64,000 nt of DNA from a virus: positions 32,001 to 96,000 of IMG/VR virus record IMGVR_UViG_3300036761_001135; one strand, given 5' to 3'. Below are positions 28,127-37,832 of the stretch, piece after piece. The translations under genes were made by a program, and so were the position numbers. Every line of letters starts with the position of its first letter. Within the stretch, counting starts at the first letter, position 1. The notes under the pieces were generated by a model, which saw only the letters and a program-made list of their open reading frames with translations, had not been told where the DNA came from and searched no databases.

Positions 28127-28336
28127 GGGGCCACCTGGGCGAGGGTGGCCAGAGACGCCGGACGGGGACGACCTCCGGGCGGTTGGAGCTGATGGGTTAC
28201 GAGTCGGTGAAGAAGGCCGCGCGTCTGAGCGGGAACAAGACGGATCGCAGGGTATCACCAGAGGCCCGGCGGAAATCGGAGCGCAATCCCTTGGCGCGAA
28301 CAGGACTTCAGCGGAAGCGCTGAGGAGGGTGATAAG

Positions 28337-31132
28337 ATGCCGCAGTTACTGATCGAAACCAGCAAGCCCGTTGCGTTCCAGATGACCGAGGCTCGTGCGG
28401 CCAAGGGTTCGGGCAAGCTTGTGGCGCGTGGCGAGTTCGGTCGGGTCGGCGTACCGACGCAGAACGGTCGTCGCTATTCCGAGTCGTTGATGAACCGCGA
28501 GATCAAGCGTCTCAATGAGGATCTCAAGTCGAGGCGTGTGCTCGGAGAACTCGATCATCCGTGCCTGACATCGGACGACTTCCGGGTGCTCACATCGGAT
28601 GGATGGAAGGCATTCCGGGACGTGCATGTTGGGGATCGTGTTTGGTCGCGTGTGTCGGGAAAGGCAGTGCTATCTGACGTCACAGGAATCACGGACGAGC
28701 CGTATGACGGGCCTGCATATCATGTAAACGGGCGCAGCATGGATGCGACGTTTACTCCTGCGCACCGCTTCTTGTTGGTGAAGCGACCAGACCGCATGGG
28801 CCATGGGGCAGAGGAGGAGTTCGTTCCTCTTGCGGAGATTGCGGCGCACCCGGAGCGGTTCGGGCACCATGCCGTGCCAAAGACGGCGGAGTTCTGTTCG
28901 GAGGCCATGCCGCAGGTGACGATTCCTGGCGTGCAGGCCAAGCGGCTGGCGTCGTGCAAGAACGATGTGTCGCAGCCGTTGGTGCTAGATTCCTCATTGT
29001 TTGCGGCGTTCATGGGCATATATCTCGCGGAGGGATCTTGCTCGGCGGAAAGCTCGGACAACTACGACGTTCACATCTCGCAGAAGACGTCGTGGAGCAA
29101 ACAGTTCATCTACAACGAGGTGCTTTCCAAGTTCCCGGAAGAGTTGGAGTGGCGCGAGGTAAACGGTGGGTACGCGCTGGCTGACCAGCGGCTATACGCC
29201 TATCTGAATGCGCTTGGAAATATGTACACCAAGCGTGTCCCGGACGAGGCCAAGCGACTGGACGCGGATAGCTTGCGCGAGATGTTGTTCTGGTTCTGCA
29301 TCGGGGACGGCCGCATGGTGGCGAGTGGCGCTTCCAAGAAGGCGGAGATGACCCCGGATGGACAGACGACAAAGGAGGCGCTAGCGGAGACGTTGCGTGA
29401 GGGGCATATCCCCTTCACGAGACAGGATGCCTTCTCGGTATCCGAGGGCCTCGTCCGCGATTTGCACGAGTGCCTGGTGAGGGCTGGCGGTGCGGGCAGC
29501 ATTATGAAGATCGATCCTGACCAGGATTACGAGTACGCGGGTCGTACTATTCTGGCGGAGAATAAGGTGCCGTTGTACCAGTTGCACATCTGCCAATCGG
29601 CGAACGTGTGGATGGACCCGCGCCACCTGGCAGTTGAGTCGGTGCATCACACGGGCGGTATCTACTGCCTGAGTACGACGCATGGGTCGTTCTACATGGA
29701 GCAGGGCGGCCACGCTTTCTGGACGGGGAACAGCGATGGCAAGACCTCGTTGAAGCGGGTCAGTCACGTCATCACGGACCTGTGGATCGAGAAGGGCCTG
29801 GTCATGGGCGAGGCCGAGATCCTGAACACGCCGGAGGGGAAGACCTTGAAGGCGTTGATCGAGGCGCAGATCCCAATCGGCGTGTCGTCACGCGGGTTCG
29901 GCAGCACCAAGCCAGCGGCAGATGAGGCGGAGGATGTGCAGGACGACTTCCTGCTGAAGACCTACGATTTCGTGGCGGACCCGGCGGTGAAGACGGCCAT
30001 CCCCAATATCACCATGGAGTCCGTGGACGATCCCACGGCGGCGCAGATGTTCTTGGCGGAGTTCCCGGACGTGGCGACGCAGATCCAGGAGGCGGCGGCG
30101 CAGGATGCGTTGTCCAAGGCCAAGGACAAGGTGACCTCTGGGTTGGAGGCGGCGGTGCAGGCGGCCGAGAAGCGCGTGCGCGTCGAGATGACGGAAGCGT
30201 TTGAGAAGAACCTGGCGCAGTCGCTGATCGAGGTGCGTGAGGATCTTGGCAACCAACTCCGCGAGGAGTACGCGACCGATCCGGCTGTTGGTGCGGCGAA
30301 GGCTGTCTTGGCGCAGATCGCTGAGATGGTTGGATCGTATCGCCAGCATCCAGACGAGGCGGCGGTACGGGATGCGTTGCGGGCTAAGGATCTGGAGGTG
30401 GCCGAGCGCACGCAAGAGCGGGACGAGGCGATTGATCTGGGCACGCGGGCAGCGGTGTTGCTGCATGTGGAGCGCAAGATCAGCGGGCACCCGATGGCAG
30501 AGGCCGTGCGGGCGCTGATGCACGGCGTACAGGTCACGTCGATCATGGACGTTGACGCGAAGTTGGCGGCCATCATGGAGAACCTACCAGAGCAACCGGC
30601 TGTGGATGTGATCCCGACCGGGCCATCGGAGGACGAGGTTCAGCTACGGGAAGAGAACGCGACACTGCGCGGCGAAATCAAGCTGGTGCAGGCAAAGGCG
30701 GAGTCGTTGGACGAGAAGTTGAGACGTGTTGTAGAGCTGACAAAACGGGCAGACGACCGCTTGGCGGAGTCCGATGCTCGGGCCGAGAAGGCAGAGGCGC
30801 TGTTGGAAGAGGCGCAAGAACGCGCCGTTCAGGCAGAGCTAGACGCCTACAAGGCCAGCAAGGTTGCAGGGATGGTGAACAGTTCGAGTGTGTTGGGTCT
30901 GTTGGAGGACGTCTCCTCCAGGGCCGATGTGGACAAGGTCGTGGCGAAACACGGGGCCATGGAGATCTCGGATCCGCTCTTGCGAGAGATGCGTAGATCG
31001 CTACAACGCGGTCATGGCGACGAGCAGGAGTTGACCGAGGACCGGCAGCCGCAGGGTGGTCGAGTGCGAGGTTCCGACGACTTCGGAAATTCGTTTGACA
31101 TCATGCGGAAACTTGCTGGGTACAACAACTGA
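28337..31132 (+). CDS. prohead protease (T4 gp21-like) fused to scaffold-like coiled coil, with intein
   Basis: NGRRY, GELDHP, VSHVIT, NTPEGK, GVSSRG, DFVADPA; long coiled-coil C-terminus. Confidence 0.9.
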   Translation: MPQLLIETSKPVAFQMTEARAAKGSGKLVARGEFGRVGVPTQNGRRYSESLMNREIKRLNEDLKSRRVLGELDHPCLTSDDFRVLTSDGWKAFRDVHVGDRVWSRVSGKAVLSDVTGITDEPYDGPAYHVNGRSMDATFTPAHRFLLVKRPDRMGHGAEEEFVPLAEIAAHPERFGHHAVPKTAEFCSEAMPQVTIPGVQAKRLASCKNDVSQPLVLDSSLFAAFMGIYLAEGSCSAESSDNYDVHISQKTSWSKQFIYNEVLSKFPEELEWREVNGGYALADQRLYAYLNALGNMYTKRVPDEAKRLDADSLREMLFWFCIGDGRMVASGASKKAEMTPDGQTTKEALAETLREGHIPFTRQDAFSVSEGLVRDLHECLVRAGGAGSIMKIDPDQDYEYAGRTILAENKVPLYQLHICQSANVWMDPRHLAVESVHHTGGIYCLSTTHGSFYMEQGGHAFWTGNSDGKTSLKRVSHVITDLWIEKGLVMGEAEILNTPEGKTLKALIEAQIPIGVSSRGFGSTKPAADEAEDVQDDFLLKTYDFVADPAVKTAIPNITMESVDDPTAAQMFLAEFPDVATQIQEAAAQDALSKAKDKVTSGLEAAVQAAEKRVRVEMTEAFEKNLAQSLIEVREDLGNQLREEYATDPAVGAAKAVLAQIAEMVGSYRQHPDEAAVRDALRAKDLEVAERTQERDEAIDLGTRAAVLLHVERKISGHPMAEAVRALMHGVQVTSIMDVDAKLAAIMENLPEQPAVDVIPTGPSEDEVQLREENATLRGEIKLVQAKAESLDEKLRRVVELTKRADDRLAESDARAEKAEALLEEAQERAVQAELDAYKASKVAGMVNSSSVLGLLEDVSSRADVDKVVAKHGAMEISDPLLREMRRSLQRGHGDEQELTEDRQPQGGRVRGSDDFGNSFDIMRKLAGYNN
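28562..29731 (+). mobile_element. intein 3 (390 aa, LAGLIDADG-type) in prohead protease
   Basis: HP|CLTSDD..TPAHRF..GIYLAEGS..FCIGDG..IYCLS..WTGN|S. Confidence 0.9.
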
Positions 31133-31155
31133 CAGACACACAGGAGACAATAGAC

Positions 31156-32766
31156 ATGCAAGCTCGAAACATCGTGGAAGAAGACGGCAAGCGGACCGTG
31201 TTCGACGAGTCCTACGGCAAGGTGTGCGAGGCGCGTTGGGCGAAGATTTTGCAGCCCATGAACGAGCGCGATCCAATCAACAGCCACTACGTGCGGCGCT
31301 GCACGGCGATCATCATGGAGAACGAGATGGACCACATCAAGTCTCTCCATGAGGACACCCTCAGCACCAACGCAGGCGCGTTCACGAAGTACGTGTTCCC
31401 GGTTCTTCGCCGGGTGTTCCCGAACCTGATCGCCAACCAACTCGTCTCGGTGCAGCCGATGACCGCTCCCGTGGGCGGAATCTTCTACTACGAGAAGAAG
31501 TACGACGACCGCAAGGGCACCAAGATCCCGCAGTACGGCATCACCAACGCTCCGTACAACATGGCCTATGACGGCCAGTTGGCGGCGGGCGACAACATCA
31601 ACCAGAACTTCGCCCGCATGTACTCCTCGGAGTACGTGGACTACGACGTCATCTGCACGCAAGCGACCGCCGTGGCCTCTCTTTCGAACGTGGGAGCCAA
31701 CTGCCGCCTGCCCGAGTGGAAGCCGATGCGCGCCCCGGGCGTGGACGGACAGCGCACGTTCTACACCAAGCTCTACTACCGCGTGCTCAACCACGCGGGC
31801 ACACTGCCCATCGACATCGTGGCCACCCTCGACCCGACCGGCCTGACCAGCAACCTCGTTGACCAGTACGGGGCCACCGTGGGCACGGTTACCGTGGGAA
31901 CCGGAGCCTGGACCCTCAACGCCAAGGACGAGACCGGCGTAGCCTCGACCTTCACACCAAGCACCGTGATCTACGCGCAGTATTTCGTGAACTTCGAGCA
32001 AGCTGGCTACACCAGCGGTTCTGAGATCCCGAGCATCAGCTTGGACATCGCTCTTCACACCGTGAAGGCCGAGAGCCGCAAGCTGAAGGCTCGCTGGAGC
32101 GTCGAGGCAGTGGACGACATGCGCGCTCTGCATGGGATGGACGCCGAGACCGAACTGGTCGGAACCTTCGCCAACGAGGTCATGCTGGAGACGGACCGCG
32201 AGATCGTGGACGCCCTCGTGACCGGCGCCAAGTTCGCCGCGACCTACACCTACTCGTACTCGGCCGGTTCCCAGGGCGAGATCGAGACCATCCGCAACCT
32301 GCTGACCAAGATCAGCGCCGTGGCGGCCTCCATCCACACCGCGTCCGGTCGCGCTCCGGCCAACTTCATCGTGGTGTCTCCGAGCATCGGCGCATTGCTC
32401 GACCAGCTCTCGACCCATGGTGACTTCGCCAGCATCGAGCAGAACGTGCAGAGCCCGACCTATGGGCCGATCACGTCCGACTTCGGCATCGCTCGTATCG
32501 GCACCCTGCTCAAGCGCTTCGCGGTCTACCAAGACCCCTACATGACCGCCAACAAGGTGCTCATAGGACTCAAGGGCAACAACTTCCTGGATGCCGGGTT
32601 CGTGTACGCACCGTACATCCCACTCCAGGTCACCCCGACCTTCATGGATCCAAACGACTTCACGTTCCGAAAGGGCGTCAGAACCCGATTTGCCTCCAAG
32701 ATGCTACGCCCGGAATACTACGGCGTCATCACCTGCTCCGGCCTCCCCGCTGTGACCGTCGTCTGA
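31156..32766 (+). CDS. major capsid protein (T4 gp23-like)
   Basis: VQPMTAPVG, AESRKLKARWSVEA..HGMDAETEL, YAPYIPL, DPNDF..TRF; C-ending codon bias. Confidence 0.95.
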   Translation: MQARNIVEEDGKRTVFDESYGKVCEARWAKILQPMNERDPINSHYVRRCTAIIMENEMDHIKSLHEDTLSTNAGAFTKYVFPVLRRVFPNLIANQLVSVQPMTAPVGGIFYYEKKYDDRKGTKIPQYGITNAPYNMAYDGQLAAGDNINQNFARMYSSEYVDYDVICTQATAVASLSNVGANCRLPEWKPMRAPGVDGQRTFYTKLYYRVLNHAGTLPIDIVATLDPTGLTSNLVDQYGATVGTVTVGTGAWTLNAKDETGVASTFTPSTVIYAQYFVNFEQAGYTSGSEIPSISLDIALHTVKAESRKLKARWSVEAVDDMRALHGMDAETELVGTFANEVMLETDREIVDALVTGAKFAATYTYSYSAGSQGEIETIRNLLTKISAVAASIHTASGRAPANFIVVSPSIGALLDQLSTHGDFASIEQNVQSPTYGPITSDFGIARIGTLLKRFAVYQDPYMTANKVLIGLKGNNFLDAGFVYAPYIPLQVTPTFMDPNDFTFRKGVRTRFASKMLRPEYYGVITCSGLPAVTVV

Positions 32767-32883
32767 TAGAAATCCACTGACATTTCAATAGGTTATGCGC
32801 ATGGAAACACCTGGCGCAGCCTCTATTGCATTCGTGTTCGTTTACGTTTGACAACTATTTGTCAACTATAGTACCATTGCAAA

Positions 32884-34548
32884 ATGGAACATACGCTTGT
32901 AAAACGGGATGGACAGTCTGGAGGCGTGCGTCTGGTGGTTCTGGATCTGGAGCAGCCCGAGGTGGTGGAGCGACTTGCCAACGGGATTATGGTGGATCCT
33001 GGATGTGTCTATGTGTTCTCGGATGAGTGGGCAGATCGGCGGGTGGCATGTGAAGCGTTCGTGCGAGCGCGAGCGGGGCGGTTTGAGCGTCGCTTGGGTG
33101 CGCGTCAGTGTGTGGTGCGCGAGGTGGAGAAGATGGAGGCGCGTGTCTTCCTGGACGCATTTCATATCCAGGGGGCGAATCATCTTGCCCTTGTCGTGTT
33201 CGGCCTATTCGTTGAGGCGGAGTTGGTCGGGGTGTTGTCGCTGGGGCGGCACCATCGACAGGGCCAGGAGCGGCGGGTCGTGTTGGATCGGTTGTGCTTC
33301 CGAGATGGGGTACAGGTGATCGGTGGGTCATCGCGGATGCTGGATCGGGCTCGTGCCTGGGCGGAGGCGCATGGCTATGACGAGATTTTAAGCTTTAGTG
33401 ATAACCGCTTGACGCCGGGCGTGGTGTACGACCGCCTTGGGTTCACGGTAGATGCCAGTTGCCGTCCCGATTATTTCTATGTGCAAGATGGGCGGCGCAT
33501 ATCGAAGCAGAGCCAGCGGAAGCGGGCTAGCGGGTGCCCGGATGGGATGACGGAGCGATCCTGGGCACAGGCGCGTGGGTTGGTGCGTTGTTACGATGCG
33601 GGGAAGGTGAGGTGGTTACTTCCGTTGCGACCGTCATCGCATCCGACACAACAGCAGGACAATTCGGAGCAGGCTGCGCGGTCCAATGCGGCGGGCATTA
33701 GTGGAAGTGACATCCACATGCGAGGGTACTTTCATTCGAAAAAGCTTGGAGGCGATGTGTATTTTGGATCGTCTTACGAGTTGCGGTGTCTGTTTGAGTT
33801 GGATGGCGATCCAGACGTGCAAACCTTCCGACGTTGTGAGGCATTTCAGACGCCAAAGGGACGGTGGCGTGCTCCAGATTTGTGGATCGAGCGACGAGAT
33901 GGTCGCAAGGAGATTTGGGAGGTTAAGCCGTCTGTCATGGTGGATATGCCACGAGCGCGCTTACAGATTGCTGATACGGCGTTGTATGCGGTGAGCATTG
34001 GCGTTTGTTTTCGCGTGTGGACGGAACGGGACAGCGCGTTGGGAGAGGATGGCCGGATCATCGGATGGGCGCGTGAGTACCTGTCGCGTCAGCAGGGGGA
34101 TACTACTTACGAGGAGCGGAACCAGCGGACGCGAAAGGCGATTCGAGAGCGCCACTATGCGAAGGAGCAGGCTGCCTCGGTGGTGGTGCATTGTGATTAC
34201 TGCCAGGCCGATCACACGGTGCTGCCGCGCACTTACGCCCGGAACGTGGCCAAGCACGATGGGGCATATGTGTGCGAGGCCATGGCGGGGCATATTGGGG
34301 GAAGCAAGCCAAAGGACCACTTGAAGGTGACGAACCCATACGCGGAGGAAGGAAAGAAGAAATGTAGTATGTGTGAGCAGATACTTTCGATGGATAAATT
34401 TCAAAAACGGAAGGCATCATGGGATGGTCTTAGTGCGGCATGCAAGCCGTGCTTGCGTGCGTATGACGCGGTTAGGTATCAGAAGAGAACGCACGCGAAC
34501 CTGGGTTCGCCTGTAGAGGAGATCGCATGCGATTTGCATGGAGCATGA
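32884..34548 (+). CDS. free-standing putative homing endonuclease (Hef/Mom-like domain, TnsA-like nuclease, Zn fingers)
   Basis: FHIQG..LDRLC..GGSSRML..SFSD..YDRLGF..YDAG; GYFHSKK..SSYEL..PDLW..EVKP; CxxC pairs. Confidence 0.7.
   Translation: MEHTLVKRDGQSGGVRLVVLDLEQPEVVERLANGIMVDPGCVYVFSDEWADRRVACEAFVRARAGRFERRLGARQCVVREVEKMEARVFLDAFHIQGANHLALVVFGLFVEAELVGVLSLGRHHRQGQERRVVLDRLCFRDGVQVIGGSSRMLDRARAWAEAHGYDEILSFSDNRLTPGVVYDRLGFTVDASCRPDYFYVQDGRRISKQSQRKRASGCPDGMTERSWAQARGLVRCYDAGKVRWLLPLRPSSHPTQQQDNSEQAARSNAAGISGSDIHMRGYFHSKKLGGDVYFGSSYELRCLFELDGDPDVQTFRRCEAFQTPKGRWRAPDLWIERRDGRKEIWEVKPSVMVDMPRARLQIADTALYAVSIGVCFRVWTERDSALGEDGRIIGWAREYLSRQQGDTTYEERNQRTRKAIRERHYAKEQAASVVVHCDYCQADHTVLPRTYARNVAKHDGAYVCEAMAGHIGGSKPKDHLKVTNPYAEEGKKKCSMCEQILSMDKFQKRKASWDGLSAACKPCLRAYDAVRYQKRTHANLGSPVEEIACDLHGA
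34493..34512. promoter_or_regulatory. palindrome copy 7
   Basis: ACGCGAACCTGGGTTCGCCT. Confidence 0.8.
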
Positions 34549-34799
34549 CTGAGGACGGGGCGCATACCGCTCCTTTGGGGGAATGGGCGGATGCTGGTCG
34601 AATTGAATTTCGTGTGTCCCATGATCCGAACGGCATGAAGTGGCGGATGGATGGGCATATTCACGGGCTGTCGTCGCGGCCGATCAAGATACTGCATGCG
34701 GTTCCTGACGATGGAATGATCTCGTTGGATTCGGTGTTGGAGGCATTCAAGTCGATGTGCGAGCGAGACGTTTTGATCCACGCGGCTTCTCCCTACTGA
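34545..34799 (+). CDS. hypothetical protein
   Basis: ATGA coupling. Confidence 0.45.
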   Translation: MTEDGAHTAPLGEWADAGRIEFRVSHDPNGMKWRMDGHIHGLSSRPIKILHAVPDDGMISLDSVLEAFKSMCERDVLIHAASPY

Positions 34800-35007
34800 C
34801 CGCCTCGAAAACGGAATAGTTATTGGATATTCGTCTGGCTATATTCAAAATCTCGGGGTCGAAAAAAACCGAGCGGATAGATATGCAGAAATCCTTGGGT
34901 AGAATTCGATGTCTTTGACCGCGAGGCGTGGATGCGGTAGACTGCTTGTGACGGCCTGCTTTGGTGACCTACCGTGCGGTGAATATCCTCGGACATACCC
35001 CGCATTG

Positions 35008-35033
35008 CTCCCGCCTTCGGGCGGGAGGTCTTT
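35008..35033 (+). terminator. hairpin, possible terminator
   Basis: CTCCCGCC-TTCG-GGCGGGAG followed by GTCTTT. Confidence 0.5.
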
Positions 35034-35100
35034 GTAACACCTTTGACCTTCGAAGTTGAACAAGCTACTATGTTGTAGATAGCAACCAGGAGGTGTTCTC

Positions 35101-35478
35101 ATGGCGAAGTATATGTTGCGACGGGGCATGACGCGTCTTCCAATAGATGGCATCCGGGAAATTCAGCGCGAGGACTTGCCACCGTTGAAGCAGGGAGAGA
35201 CCGTGATATTCGAGCCTGGCATGGTAGTGGAGACGGATCTCGACTTCGGGCCATGGGTAGAGGACGGCACGTTGGAGTGTGTGCGTGAGAACGGGGATCC
35301 TCCGCGCCCGACCCGTCCGGCACCAGCCGTGGTCGTCAAGCAGGAGACCGTGACTCCGATGCCTGCATTTGTGCAGGTGGAGGTGGTGAAAGAGGAAGCA
35401 GCGGGAGAGACTGCGGCGGAAGATTCTTCGAGTGATTCCACCAACGAGGAGACGCCTCGCAGGCGCCGTCGTCAATGA
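35101..35478 (+). CDS. hypothetical protein
   Basis: AGGAGG RBS. Confidence 0.65.
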   Translation: MAKYMLRRGMTRLPIDGIREIQREDLPPLKQGETVIFEPGMVVETDLDFGPWVEDGTLECVRENGDPPRPTRPAPAVVVKQETVTPMPAFVQVEVVKEEAAGETAAEDSSSDSTNEETPRRRRRQ

Positions 35479-36143
35479 CAATGCATCACAAGAGACGCGT
35501 GGATGGGGCGGTTCAGGCGGGAAGTCTTGGGATTGGCGAGACGGTCGAAGTGCGCACGCGCATGGGCCAGATTGTGGCGCGTGGAGACGTGTGTGCTATG
35601 ACGCCTTTTGGAGTGACGATCCGAGAGGACGGCACGAGCCACAAGTTCTACATGGCCGAGTATTTCCTATTCTTCCCGGAAGAGCCTGTGCTGCCTGAAG
35701 TCGCTGCGAATATGATCGTGGATGCGCATCCTGACGCACGAGTTCGCGCTCGTCTGGGACGTATGTTCGAGCAGGGCGCGGAGAAGCCTACAAAGGGCGC
35801 TCAACAGATTGACGATGAAGAGGGCGATGACGAAGAGGAAGATGCCGAACCGGAGGAAACTGAGACACCGGCGCAGAAATCCATAGCAAACGACACGTCG
35901 TCTGTGGACGTAGAAAAGCTGCCTCCTGACATCAAGAAAGCTGTCCAAGTCGTTCAGAAGTTGGATGCCGATCAATTGAACTATATCCTAGCGCAGACGG
36001 GGCAGTCGTTGATGAGTGCGTTGCGGAGGAATGGTGTGAGCGAATCGGATCTGCACGGGTTAGTGCAGAAGGCGCAAAACGCTGTGTACCGCATCCTGAC
36101 GGGCAAGTCCTCTCGGGAGTGGAAGAAGGCGGCGGGAGAATAG
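35475..36143 (+). CDS. hypothetical virion-module protein
   Basis: coupled ORF in structural operon. Confidence 0.65.
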   Translation: MTMHHKRRVDGAVQAGSLGIGETVEVRTRMGQIVARGDVCAMTPFGVTIREDGTSHKFYMAEYFLFFPEEPVLPEVAANMIVDAHPDARVRARLGRMFEQGAEKPTKGAQQIDDEEGDDEEEDAEPEETETPAQKSIANDTSSVDVEKLPPDIKKAVQVVQKLDADQLNYILAQTGQSLMSALRRNGVSESDLHGLVQKAQNAVYRILTGKSSREWKKAAGE

Positions 36144-36147
36144 CACC

Positions 36148-36876
36148 ATGCAAAACGTCCAGACTGATGCGGAGCTGCGAGTGTGGATCAAGCGTCGTTT
36201 GGGCGATGGCATAGTTTGCGTGGAACTCACTGACGAGCAGTTGGACGTCAACATTCAGATGTCCAAAGATTTCTGGCGCGCGTGGGTAGGCCAGGCGAAG
36301 ATGATCTACCTTCAGGCGACTGGGGTAAGCGAGTACGCCGAGTCGCTCATTGGACCAGATGTCGATAGCGTGGCAGAGGTCGTTTTCCCTGTGCATGACG
36401 ACTTGACGCGGATGTTTTCCTGGGCCGACGTCGAGGTGAATCCGTACACATGGGTTTACTCTGGATACGGTGGTTATGCGGCGCTTGTGCAGTTGATGCA
36501 GTACCGTGAGATGGGGAACCGCGTGATAAGCGCTGACCTGGACTGGGAGTGGGATCGAGCGCGTCGTGTTCTAATGCTGACCCCGCCACTGAACACGAAC
36601 TTGAACGGCCAACGGGTTGGCGTCGTTTACATTTCGACAGAAGTCGATATGACGAAGATGAGCAACTCGGAGTATTGGCTATTTCGTGAGTACGCGCTTG
36701 TGCAGTCGATGAAGACGTTGGGCATGATTCGCATGAAGTATTCGGACAAGCCGAGCGCCACCGGATCGTTTTCCATGGACGGCGACTCGTTGTACGCGAA
36801 CGCCGATGTGCGCGAGAAGGAACTGGAAGAGAAAATCCGTCAGTTGCAGTCGCCCGTCGGGTTTTGGACTGCGTAG
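36148..36876 (+). CDS. neck protein (T4 gp13-like)
   Basis: WIKRRLG..VELTDEQL; EYAL..LGMIRMKY..MDGDSL. Confidence 0.8.
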   Translation: MQNVQTDAELRVWIKRRLGDGIVCVELTDEQLDVNIQMSKDFWRAWVGQAKMIYLQATGVSEYAESLIGPDVDSVAEVVFPVHDDLTRMFSWADVEVNPYTWVYSGYGGYAALVQLMQYREMGNRVISADLDWEWDRARRVLMLTPPLNTNLNGQRVGVVYISTEVDMTKMSNSEYWLFREYALVQSMKTLGMIRMKYSDKPSATGSFSMDGDSLYANADVREKELEEKIRQLQSPVGFWTA

Positions 36877-36887
36877 AGGAGGTCCGC

Positions 36888-37829
36888 ATGATCAAGTACG
36901 TGGGACAATTGAACGATTCGTTGGCGGCCATGGCCGGTTGCATGTCGAGAGAAGAGCGGAAGATGCTTGGCATCGATCCCAGCACGAAACAGGACGATGT
37001 CTTGCGGCATGGAGCGGCCAAGTATATCGCGGAAGACGCCATTGCGGCATCGCAGCAGCTCGCACCGTTGTCTGCTTCCAGATCCGTGCCTCGCAAGGAT
37101 CTGCGGCCGTGGCAGGGCAAGGAGAGCGACGGCGAGATCATGTTCAACTTCGAGTCTGCCACGGACGCTCAAGACCTGTACGATTTCGTACTGGAGACCG
37201 GGCTACTCACGCCGGGCGAGGTGAAGCTCTACATGAGCGAGCACCAGACCAGCGTGCATTTCGCGCCGAGCGTATTGGTGCAGAAGCCCGAGATCATCCA
37301 GATGGCGTTGATTTCCTATCACGAGAAGGCCACTGAAGAGAGCATCGAGGCCATGGCAGATCTCGTGGAAGACGTGAACGCGATCATGGAGAAGAAGGCG
37401 AAGAGCGGTCGCGGAAGTGCGGAGCCCAAGACGAATCGAGTAGATTTCAATCCGTTCCATGACAAGGGTGGAAATTTCACGTCGCGTGAGGGCACCAAGA
37501 GTGGCGGGTCGTGGTCGGATGGAGCGCATGCCGGAAGTAAGAAATTGGCTGCGTCGAAGAAGGGCAAGAAGCTGCACTTCGTGGCTACCAAGTTGCCGTG
37601 CGGTCGGTCGGCTCGTGACGTGAGCAAAGACATCCGTTGTTGGGACGGTCGCACCGTGGGTGGCAAGCTTGCGTCGGTATCGAAAAAGTCATCGCGTGAC
37701 AGCAGTGATCGTTTGATGCCGGGCGTCAAGGAAGGGTTTACCCTCGCGGATCTGGACATCGTCAACGAGTGCCGGGCGATGTACGGCATCAAGACGCGTC
37801 TTTCCGAGGGATGGATGCGCGGAAGGTAG
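36888..37829 (+). CDS. hypothetical virion protein
   Basis: GGAGG RBS; NPFHDKGGNFTS motif. Confidence 0.65.
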   Translation: MIKYVGQLNDSLAAMAGCMSREERKMLGIDPSTKQDDVLRHGAAKYIAEDAIAASQQLAPLSASRSVPRKDLRPWQGKESDGEIMFNFESATDAQDLYDFVLETGLLTPGEVKLYMSEHQTSVHFAPSVLVQKPEIIQMALISYHEKATEESIEAMADLVEDVNAIMEKKAKSGRGSAEPKTNRVDFNPFHDKGGNFTSREGTKSGGSWSDGAHAGSKKLAASKKGKKLHFVATKLPCGRSARDVSKDIRCWDGRTVGGKLASVSKKSSRDSSDRLMPGVKEGFTLADLDIVNECRAMYGIKTRLSEGWMRGR

Positions 37830-37832
37830 GAG

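Noticed and set aside
31012-32532. Long antisense ORFs (also 11390-12634, 40675-41775, 61091-62554, 62564-63760)
   Set aside because: Shadows of GC-rich sense genes with biased codon use; no motifs or RBS.
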